Shown one piece after another: positions 39,201 to 51,200 of a DNA stretch of 64,000 bases (position 1 is its first letter; each line of letters begins with the position of its first letter). The stretch is from contig OZ281494.1 of assembly GCA_965637545.1 (NCBI GenBank), forward strand, positions 124,001-188,000, read 5' to 3'. Under the pieces are notes generated by a model. It was not told where the DNA came from. It was given only the letters and a program-made list of their open reading frames with translations, and did not search any database. Origin of the DNA: Phallusia mammillata (lineage: Eukaryota). A program made the position numbers and the translations under genes.

Positions 39201-42200
39201 ACACAGCATGGGGTTGACGATGAAACGCTAAACACGCAGTTCATGGAGTTCGTCCGCAGTCATCAGGTGAGCAAAGGTTTATCGGTTCGAATCCCACCAC
39301 GACAACCGGATTTTCTCTCCTGCAGTTTGCTGTTTTTCAATACTTATTTTGTTATGGGGAACTTTTATATGTAGAAATTCCCTCATTTTGTGTTATTTTA
39401 ACCATAACTAAAAAAATAATCTGATACTGAAACTCACTCACATTTTCCTTCCTAACAAACATAAGCGATTTCCTTTGACCTTTGTACATACGTGACTTTG
39501 TTAACCTCGCTTTGGCGCCTTCTGTCTGTACCCAAAGCCACACGATGACTTTGACCTTAAATAACCCGTCGCGCTTGACCTTGAATAACCCCAGTGCGAG
39601 AGTCGTTCACTTGAACTTGAATATTTACATTCAACTTTTGGCGCCGATTGTTAAACATCATCGCACGTTAATGGTACTTACCTGAATAAACGAGCCCAAT
39701 GCAAACTTGCCATAAGTTTTGTTTGTTCCATATTCGTAAAATGAATTAAGGTTGTCCTTCACCTCTTTCTGTATTTCTCCGTTTTATCGACAGTTTTGTT
39801 GAAATAACTTGTAAGTTGCCTCTTAACCTTTTATCCCCATGTAATAAATCATTTCCACCAACTTTCAGATGGAGTTGAGTGAAACTGGGATCAGACGAGT
39901 GACTTTTCTCGTCCACAAACGTAAAGAAGTCCCCAAATATTTCACATACAGAGCTCGGGATTGCGTAAGTTTGAAATTATGTTGATTCATTGAGTCATGT
40001 CGTGCAACACACAAAGCTATAAAGTCTGTGATATCGTGACCGCTAATATAAAACAACAACTGCTAATATGCAGGTTTTTAACGACAGTTCGATGTCGATC
40101 GCTGTTACAGTTTTCGTTTGGATTATTGAGTGTTGAAGGTGTTAACAAGTCCAAAGTATTTTGCTTCAATTAACAATTAACTACTTTGATCGGGATTCGT
40201 CCCCGGGAGCGTCCTGGGTTCGAACCCCGTGAAAAAAATGTCAAACATTCTCGCACTACAATTTTTTCTATGACACGTTTACAACTTTTTCTGACCACAA
40301 CTACTTAGTTTGACGAGGACCGGATCTACCGACATTTGGAACCTGCTTTGGCGTTTCAACTTGAACTTAACCGGATGAGGAACTTCCGGTTGAAAGCTGT
40401 ACAAACCAACAACCACCGACTCCACCTTTACCTCGGTTCGGCCCGTGTTGAGGAAGGGACTGAAGTCATGGATCACCGTTTCTTCGTCAGAGCTATCATA
40501 CGTCACTCTGACCTTGTGACAAAGGTAGGTCAAAGGTTAAAGGTCATTGATTCGTAACCCAGTTCATCGCATAATCTGTTTAATTGTTCAAAGATCGTGA
40601 ACCTTTGTTACTTTGTTGAGTAAACCGTCTGGGTAAATCCAGACCGCTTAAACGCGCAGTCTGGTTAATCGCATACAAAAACTTGGCAAATTAGATGCGG
40701 TTTACCGGATTCGTGTTCACATTATGCTTGTCCTGATAATGATTTGTAGTTGAACTTGAACTACATTATACATTGCGTTTGTGATGATGCATTTATTCCC
40801 TGATGCCCTTAACGCTAAATTTAACCAACCTTGCTCATTTTTCAATCGCTTCACTTTGTTGTGATTAGGAAGCGTCGTTTGAGTTTCTTCACAACGAAGC
40901 TGAGAGACTTCTACTTGAAGCAATGGACGAACTTGAGGTCGCATTCTCTGCCACAGAAAACACCAGGATTGATTGCAATCACATCTTCATGAATTTCGTA
41001 CCGTAAGTTAACACCGGTTCAAGCCGCAGTACAAGATATAATAATGTGATGTGATCTTGTGGATATTCATGTGATCTGAAGTTGTGAAAATTCATGTGTG
41101 ATGATGTTGTGAATATTCATGTGATATGATATTATAAATATTCATGTGATATGGTGTTGTGAATATTCATATGATATGATGTTGTGAATATTCATGTGAT
41201 GTGATCTTGTGACTATTCATGTAATGTTGTGAATATTCATGTGGTGTGATCTTGTGACTATTCATGTGATCTTGTGATTATTCATGTGATGTGATCTTGT
41301 GACTATTCATGTGATGTTGTGATTATTCATGTGATGTGATCTTGTGACTATTCATGTGATGTTTGTGTGCAGAAATGTGATGATTGATCCGCTGAAACTG
41401 GAGGAAAACATCAGATCGATGGTTCTTCGCTACGGAAGCCGACTCTGGAAGTTGAGAGTTTTACAAGCTGAGATCAAAGTTAACGTGAGACTCACAGACG
41501 ACGGTGATCCATTGCCGTTCAGGATTTTTCTCACAAAGGATTCTGGATATTATCTTGACATCAGCATTTACAAGGAAGTCACCAATGCAACGGGCCAAGT
41601 AAGTTCAACAAGACTTGACAGAAACATCCAAATAATATTTCCTGCATTCGAATGTAATATCTGTTCATAAGTTTAATGATGAAAATAACGACCCAAATAG
41701 GCGGACAAAAAAACTTTATACCACTGATGATGACATAAGCATTCGCCAAAACGTTTGAACGTCGCTTTTTACGTCTGTTCGGGCCGTTATTTTCATCATC
41801 AAATAAAAAACGTTGTCAAAGAACCTGCAATAAATTTACATCACTGACGATGGCATGAGCGTTTGCCGAAACATTTGAACAATAAAGCATGTCGCTTTTT
41901 ACGTCTATTAAGTTTCCTTCATTTTTATCCATTGTTTCCACCAGACGATGTTCCAAGCTTACAACACGAGTCGACCGGGCCCATTGAACGGGATGCTCAT
42001 CAGCACTCCATACGTAACCAAGGACCTTCTACAAGCGAAGCGGTTTAAAGCCCACAGCCTGAACACGACTTATGTGTACGACTTCCCCGAGATGATCAAA
42101 CAATCTCTGTCTGATATTTGGAAAGCTTTCGCCACCAAAGGGGATTGGGGGATTGCGATCCCTGACACTCTTGTAAGTTACGTTTTGCATTTTTGTTGAA

Positions 42201-45200
42201 GAAACTGTTGAAATTTCAACGCGTATGCGGCTCCCGAGTTATACATAACCAGTAACCACTATTGCCCGTGTTCGTGACACTCTTCGTAAGTAAGGCTTGG
42301 GGCTTTCTTATTATGGTATGTGGAAAATATTTAAAAGAAACAATCACAATGTTAGCCTAGGCTCCCGGTTACTAATATATACGAAGCGCGATAAAAATGT
42401 TTCATTCTTTCCACATACAAACGCTAAAATTGCGCATTTATGAGTTGGTACTACAAATCCATTGTTTGGTTTTTATGCAAAGAACATCTCGCAATTTCGT
42501 TATTTCTTGCCTTTCAGATTTCAACCGAGGAATTAGTTCTAAACAGTCAGGGTCAGCTGGCGAATATGAACAGACAACCCGGGGAAAACGAGGTGAGAAA
42601 CAAGTTTCATCGCACAAGTTGAAAATTTCCTAAACCGTGTAATTTTATACGTTTGTACCGCTACTGGCTCGGAATAAGTGTAAAAATCCTTACAATTTAA
42701 AGTTTCTGGCTTTTTAAATACTTGTACCTTAAACCTTAAGTAGGGCGAATAGTACGCTTCCATCGTGCAACCAATTTCATGTATTTTACCCAGTTTTTAC
42801 ACTTGCTTCCTGATGCCAATGCTGCAAAGGCGAATAATTATGGGTCCCCTTCCCTGAAGGGGACACATATTGTTTTTGTCCGTATTTTTTTTTTCTTTTT
42901 TCTTTTTTTCTTTTTTTCTTTTTTTCTTTTTTTCTTTTTTTCTTTTTTTCTTTATTTCTTTTTTTCTTTTTTTCCGTCTAACGCGGATTTGTTCCCACGT
43001 TTTGGTCACGAAAGAATGCTTCAAACTTTTTCAAATTTACACACATTACAGATATTGGTCTAAAGATGGTCCATGTGAATTTTGACCCCGTTTGAACCCT
43101 CGGTTCACCCACAGCCCCCCAAAACGTGAAATTTTTAGCGCGGATTTGTTCCCACGTTTTGGTCAAGAAAGAATGGTTCAAACTTTTTCAAATTTACACA
43201 CATTACAGATATTGGTCTAAAGATGGTCCATGTGAATTTTGACCCCGTTTGATCCCTCGGTTCACCCACAGCACCCCAAAACGTGAAATTTTTAGCGAGG
43301 ATTTGTTCCCACGTTTTGGTCACGAAAGAATGCTTCAAACTTTTTCAATTTTATACACATTACAGATATTGGTCTAAAGATGGTCCATGTGAATTTTGAC
43401 CCCGTATGACCCAGAGATTCACCCGCAGGCCCCCGAAACGTAAATGTGTCTAACGCTCGTTTGGTCAAGAAAGACACTGTAGGCAGAAGTACCAAGAGAG
43501 TAACTCACTGGTTTACGATAGCGGGAGGGCTCAGCTTGACGTCGGACAGACGTTTTACGAGACATCGTTTCAGTGATTAGAAATCAGCTGTTTTGCACAG
43601 CAATGCTATGTCGTTTTATTAAGTTATCACTCACATTTTTAGTTTTGGCGAAGGTTTTACACCTATGACGTGATTTAAGCCTAATAACCGTGCTTCGGTT
43701 TTGTATATGTCAAGAAAAACTTTGTTAATAAAAGTTAAGATGAAAAAATTAACTTGACTTTTTTGCCAAATAAATGTTTTTTTAAATGCTCGCTGTCAGG
43801 TTGGCCGCCGCATGATCACGGGTTACTTAAGGTCAACTAGTCGGTATTACAAACACAGCTCAGAACTTTCTTCATAACGTAGCGTTTTTTTAACAATCAA
43901 TTTAGGAGTCAATACTCAAGGCATGTATAAATTAGGCTTAACAGTATTGTTGCACACGAATGACGGCGTGCTATTGAAAACGGTGTCAAAAGGTCAAACA
44001 GTCGTTTGGCGTGTGCACCCTGAGAGGTTACTACAGGTCAATGGTACTCATTTTGCGAAACAAAGTTAAATGAAAAACAATTTGTTATGTATACACTTGT
44101 AGCAAATTGCTTTTTAATTTAAAGTGTCTGTAACACAACTGTTACAGCTTTCTAAAAAAAATTGCCCGACCTTGGAGGACTATATCTGGGTTAAAGCAAG
44201 AGATTAGATTTAAGTCTTTGTTACGTTTTTTTAATGTTTTTGTAATTACATGAATAGTGCAAAAAGAATACGAACAATTTTTTTTATTGTTGGGTTAATG
44301 CTTTCTAAAAATTTGTCCTTAAGAATGTAAAAATCACCGCAACATTTGTTTACCGTAAATCCGCACAAACATGCGTGTGGGGACCCATTAGTTTTTGTTT
44401 ACAAAAACAATCATATGTGTAGATCAAATGATGTGTATAGTAAATTGGTAAATATCGTATAGAATATATAAAATGGAAGTATATCAGAAAGCCACTCTTC
44501 TAGTATATATTTTAAATTCTCAAGGACGAATGCCCTAAAGTTTTTCATGAACTTTTAAATAATTGTTTTCAGTTCCGCCAATCGATAGCAAAGTGTCAGG
44601 TCAGTTGCAGAACTCTACCCAAACCCAACTTAATATTAAGTTTATAAAGTTCTTCTGACAAATGTATTTTTATTCCGACGTTTCGACGTCCTATACAGGC
44701 CGCTTTCATCAGGGTAAATAACACTGAATGCAACTAGCACAGTGCACGATAAACAAAGGAAAAACGAATGGAACGCAAGCACGTTTAACATGTCCCCATA
44801 TTTAACCACTTGTATTCCTCACAGATCGGGATGGTGGCGTGGAAGATGACTCTTCATACTCCCGAGTATCCGGATGGGAGGAAAATCATCTGCATCGCAA
44901 ACGACATCACCTGCAACATCGGATCATTCGGACCTGAGGAGGATCTCTTGTATCAGCGCGCGTCTGAACTCGCAAGACAAGAGGTGATTGTTTGTGACGG
45001 AACAGTACAACTAAATTAGCGGAGAATAAGAAATGGTTTCCAAGCAACAGAATGAGACAATGAATTTACTTGGATCATATTTCGTCTAACTTGCATCTTC
45101 AGTTACTACAGAGTCACAGGATAAAACAAAAGATGAATAAAATCAGCCAAGCACAACAAACGAAAGTGTAAAACCATTATGCTTAAAAACACTATACACG

Positions 45201-48200
45201 GAGTTAGTAATTAAAGTAACTCAATCATAAACATAACTGCCAAAGTACTGGTGTATATAGAATGCACTGTGCGGACGTTTCAACAATCTCTGTTGTCATC
45301 ATCAGTGCAGGTGTTTAGACTGCCAGTTAAACCGTTTGTCAACTAAACTACGTCTGTTATCTTGCACTTGAAGAAAGTATCGAGTCGCGACCAAATAACT
45401 TGTTATCTCACATTTAACTTAGTGTTTCATCTTTGACTTAAAAAGTGACACATATTTGTTTCCGACACAGGGTATTCCCCGCATCTACCTGTCGGCAAAT
45501 AGCGGTGCTCGCATTGGATTAGCGGAGGAGTTACGTCACTTGTTCCGAGTGGCTTGGCACGACCCGAACAACACGCAGAAAGGATTCAAATATATTTACC
45601 TCACTCCTCACGACTTTAAAAAGGTACATTAACGCCACCACTACAAGATTGCTCAGTGTTTCCCGACAGGGTTAGTAAACTGTTGTAAACATCGTATGTT
45701 GCTGTTACGCGCCTGTTTCGAAAATTATCCTGATGTTGCCCTTATAATATACAAAAACTGAAAGCGTTTTTTTGTAAATAAACCCTTTTTGTAATAGTTT
45801 CCTGTCCTAACTTGTATAAAGTATCAAATAATCTCTGAACACGAAATTTGTTTCAACAACTGAACCATTTTCGTCACAGTTGAGTGCGTTAAACTCGGTG
45901 GTGGCCGAGCATATCGAGGAGGGGGGAGAATCGCGATACAAAATTATCGATATTATCGGGAAAGACGAAGCTCTGGGCTCGAGGTGTCTCCGATGGAGCG
46001 GAACGATTGCCGGGGAAACGTCACTCGCCTATGACGAGGTTGGAAAAAAAATTGTGAAATAATTTTTTTTCTCAACAAGTTATAACTGATTAATGTTTTG
46101 GGATTTATACATTTGAAAAAAGGAGTTTATATAAATTTTATAAAAAAACAAGTTATAACTGATTCCAGTTTTCGAATACTGCCAGTTTTAATGTTTGCAA
46201 AATCGTGACGTTACATATGTTTTACGTCATAGGTAGTGACGATATCGCTGGTGACATGTCGGGCAGTGGGGATCGGTGCTTACTTGGTCAGGTTGGGACA
46301 GCGGGTTGTGCAGGTTGATAACTCCTACATTATATTGACCGGACATCAAGCTCTCAACAAGGTGGGTGGAATATATTAACAGATGTTTGAGTGGAACATT
46401 TAGATGAAACCAACTGTTGTAACTTGGGGCAAACGAATAAATGTTGCTCAACGACGCGTGTCAATTCAACTGTTGTTTGCATGTGTTAATGACCTCGCGT
46501 GCCAACGTTTTTCTAAATAGTAGTGGTTCGTGCCATCTGACATCACTAATAAAGAGAAAGCAGAGTGTTTTGTGAATGTAAGGCTGAATTTTAAGACAAT
46601 GGCATGATAAAAACTATAAACAAGCAGTGTAACAGGTTAAATTGTTACTCCAATATAAACACGCAAATCGGTTGGTGTGCCGTGGAAAACCACCTCGCAT
46701 GCCAACCTTTTCATGCGTGCCATGGGTTGCCGACCCCTGATTTAATGTAACTGGTAAAAAAACAAAGTAATGCTATAACGTAACCGTTCATTGCTCCAGG
46801 TTCTTGGACGGGAGGTGTACAACTCGAACAACCAGCTTGGTGGGATCCAGATCATGTTCAACAACGGAGTTTCGCACAGCACAGTAACATGGGATTATGA
46901 AGGGATCCTCGTTATATTGAGGTGGCTTTCATATATTCCTGCCACCAGAAACTCGCCACTTCCAATACTCCCGTCAAACCGAGATCCTGTAGATAGAGAA
47001 GTCAGGTTCAGTCCTTCCAAGGCCAGCTACGACCCCAGGCATATGTTGGCAGGGGCAACGAACGGTGAGTGGCCACAAAAAAACGAATTTAACGGTTTGC
47101 AGAACGAAGTTGGTTTGTAAACCCGCTTCTAGCTTACAGTGTCATCTAATGTGCTTCCAAATATGAACAAACGTTTTTTTGAAGCAATTTTTCTTTTATG
47201 TGTTGGATAAAAATGCTTATGTAACAAGTTGGAAATATGGTTTTAGCGTTTGAACCTTAAGACATCGCCGCACTCAGGTACAGAATTGTAAACGGACCTG
47301 AAATTGTAACCCGAAACACAACCCGACCCGATTCGTTTTTGGGAATCCCGTTTAAACCCGAACGTTTGATTGACAGTCCTATACATTGAAACCCCAGGAA
47401 AGACCAAGACAACAAACACAATAAACAATTGGTCTTGCACAAGTCGTTCCAGGGCTGTTTGGCATTAGGTCAGGTCCAGCAACTGCTAGTTACATGCCCT
47501 CAAAAAAAATACTGACACAGATTGTAAAGTCAGGCCCGAATCAAGCCCGTTGTTTTTGAAAAAACCCAAGCACGAACCCGGCCCGACTAACAACTCTGGC
47601 CAGGTAGTATAATTTTATGTAACCTGATTTTATCGAACAGAAAACGACGAATGGCTTGGAGGGTTTTTCGACCGCGATTCTTTCGACGAGATACTTCACG
47701 GTTGGGCGAACACGGTCGTGGTTGGTCGCGCACGATTAGGGGGCGTTCCTGTGGGCGTGGTCGCGGTGGAAACCCGCACAGTTGATGTGGATGTGCCTGC
47801 TGATCCCGCCGATATGGAAAGTGAAGAGAAAACTGTGCATAGAGCTGGACAGGTGATGAGCGGGCTGTGGAAGAAATTACAGTAAACATCGGTTAATTTG
47901 GAACCGTTTTGACCAAATAAATTGTCCGGATTAAGATCCGGATTTACCGATGTTGATTAGTTAAAGCCAGTGGTGGAATTCAGGCGGTTCGCACCGGTTC
48001 CATAGAACCGTCTCACGAAATTTTATGAGATCAGCGAACCGGTCAGCATTACTGGTTACTGTCAATGGACTTTTTGTATTAGAACCGGCTGAAAAATATG
48101 ATTTTTGTGATAGAACCGACTAACAAAAAATTGAATCCCACCATTGGCTAAAGCCCTACCAGCTACCACATTACAAATCATTTGTACCTCGAGATTTGTA

Positions 48201-51200
48201 CGAATTAGGCGAATTTTAATATTAAGCTTGGACTTTATAAATTGTCAAATTGATAATAATCAATAATGGAAATTGACAAAAATTATGACACAAGCACAAA
48301 ACTAAGCATTGAAATTTATGAAATAACTCATATATTTATTTTTGCTTCAGGTTTGGTATCCGGATTCCGCTTACAAAACCGCCCAAGCGATCCTCGACTT
48401 CGACAGAGAGGGACTTCCCCTAATCATGTTCGCAAACTGGAGGGGATTTTCGGGCGGAATGAAAGGTGAAAAAAAAAACACTTTGTAACAATATTTTGTG
48501 TTAAACTATACTGAGGTTCGGTTTGAAAAACTTCGGATAATATTTGTTGCCTCGCTAATGGTATATTACAGTGGTTCCCAACCTTTTTCGTCCTGTTCAC
48601 CCTTTTGGTCGATATTCAAATCTAATCCCCCCCCACAAATTTAGTTTGCTACAATATCGTTTACATCAACAGTTTAATGTAATTCATAGAACAGAAATTT
48701 TCTTTTTTCTTAGCTCATATGTGGCAAATAACACATAGCACAGACGACCAGTAAAAAATTAAAATTGTGACATAAATTCCCCCCTTAGTTGGGAACCACT
48801 GGTTTATATCGAGTTATGTTTTTTTATAATTCAGTTTTATTTTCCAGACATGTATGACGAAGTGTTGAAGTTCGGCTCCTACATTGTGGACGCTTTACGG
48901 AAATATCGCCAACCTGTGATTGTTTACATTCCACCGCATGCCGAGTTAAGGGGCGGGGCATGGGTGGTGGTCGACCCAACCATCAATTCAACGTGAGTTT
49001 AAATCTAATCCACTTAATCTAATGTAATCAGTGGTGGGATTCAAATTTTTTGTCAGCCGGTTCTATCACAAAAGTCATACTTTTCAACCGGTTCTGTTAC
49101 AAAAAGTCCATTGACAGTCACCAGTAATGCTAACCGGTTTGCTGATCTCATAAAACTTCATGAGACGGTTCTATAGAACCGGTGCGAACCGGCTGAATCC
49201 CACCACTGGCCCACGTATATGTGCGGTATAAGGTGGAGGAAAAGGAGTAGAATTGTAAAAGCGAAATTGACCTCACACAACTTACTGGAAAAGTTTCAAG
49301 CAACATTTCGAAATCACAACTTTAAACTAAAACCACGAAAAATACACTTTAACATTTTTTACCAATGTTACAAACTGCGATAAAGGAAATATTACCAAAA
49401 TATTAAAAATACCTAAATATTAATAGCCTGAAACGAAATGTCAACATTGACAGCAATGCAACCTGCATTTCTCAACGGCAAAGGCGTAAACCGCATGTGC
49501 CTGTAAAACTTAAAACAATGAATACCTGGCGCGCAAATTCCAGGTGACGCCACAATAGCTATTGTGACGATCACGCCATCTGTTGACCTGAGGTAACCTT
49601 ATGACGTGGTGTGAGCAATGTTTGCCATTCCTGCTGTGTATAGGTACTTGAAACACCTGCAAAGCACCTGCCTGGCATTCTGCAATAATCCACAGGTTCA
49701 TGTAATATTCCCACCACACAAGAAAATGCGTTTTGTCATGACATAATGAAAATTTAGGGTTTCTTATGTGAATTTAGTTTGTCTTCTGGAGAATAAATGT
49801 CTGTGACGTATGTTTTTGACCTTGTGACGTCACATTGTTTGTTCCATTGCCTGGCTACGGCGCTTTATTTTATTCCACTTCTATTGTTGCGCAGACACAT
49901 GGAATTGTACGCCGACCAAGAGTCGCGAGGTGGCGTACTTGAGCCGGAAGCTACTGTGGAAATCAAATTCCGCCGGAAGGATTTGATTAAAACCATGAAA
50001 CGCTGCGATCAGGAATACGCCGGTATTTCATCCAAACTCGGTGAGTAGAAATTAATTTCACGCATAATATACAACAGCTACAAATACGAGCTTGTGCGGG
50101 TTGCCATGGCGACAGTTTTGTAAATGAAAATCTCTTTGGAACACCATACCGGATCTGTTCATAAGTTTAATGCTGTAACTAACGGCCCAAATAGGTGTAA
50201 AAAGCGACATGCTTTATTGTTCAAACGTTTTGGCAAATGCTCATCCCATCATCAGTGATATGAAGGCAACATCAGTTACACTCGTTTTTTTACAATCTAT
50301 TGTTCGCAGAAAACGAGGAACTCAGTGAAGCCGAACGAAAAACGTTGAACAATAAATTGAAAGAACGCGAAGATTATTTGGAACCGGTCTACCACCAGGT
50401 GGCGGTAGAGTTCGCAGACTTGCACGACACACCGGGTGGAATGCTGGCGAAGGGATGCATCTCGGTAAGCTGTGTGTTGTTAACTGTCGTCAGATTGTAA
50501 GCTGAAGGTTGCGGGTTCGAATCTTGCCACGTATTTCTATAATTCGCACGAAACTTGGATCAGTAAAAACATGATTTAATATTACAAACGTGTGGAAACT
50601 GTTTGCGTTGATCGTTGCAACATGTTGGATTAATTTGTATGTATGACGTTTCAAAGGTCATGCTTTTGTTATTGGTAATTAAATGCATTTCTACCCACCA
50701 AAATAAAATTGAAAATTAACATTATTTGAACAATTTTTGTTATGTTTACCTAAGAAGTGCGCCACGGGAGGAAATTTTAGCTCTGTAATGCCACTTTAAA
50801 CCGACAAAATCGACACCATGGCATAAAGTTCCCGCAGAGGTTCAATAATTTTTTTTAGTCAATGCGAATCCAGTCTTACAAACTGCGGATTCATGAACTG
50901 CAACTTTATTTTCTTCTCCCAGGGAATCTTGCAGTGGAAAACGAGTCGAAGTTTCGTTTATTGGCGACTTCGACGTTTGCTTCTGCAAGATGACGTGAAG
51001 AAACGATGTATTGGGATCAACAAGGATTTGACGAACGGACAGATCGACGCCATGTTACGACGCTGGTTTGTTGAGGACCTCGGCACTGTAAAGGTGGGTT
51101 GGTATAATCCTATGAGTGATACGTCCAGGCGTAAACTGTGGTGAAATTAAATGGGACATTTGAAGCATGCGATTTTTCGTCGCAGTTAAAACATTGCAAA

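Noticed and set aside
41673-41730. Box C/D snoRNA (ATGATGA...CTGA)
   Set aside because: Too short, no terminal stem, and fully explained by the inverted tail of the family B hammerhead unit.
42253-42291. Alternative ACC micro-exon (GACACTCTTC|GTAAGT echoing the real donor at 42173)
   Set aside because: It would begin with an in-frame TAA; more likely a small duplication of the donor region.
42779-43495. Phe/Lys-rich and repeated 67-aa ORFs
   Set aside because: Translations of the (TTTTTTC)n tract and 157-bp core repeats of the Helentron-like element; the same applies to 30609-30852 and 34966-35268.
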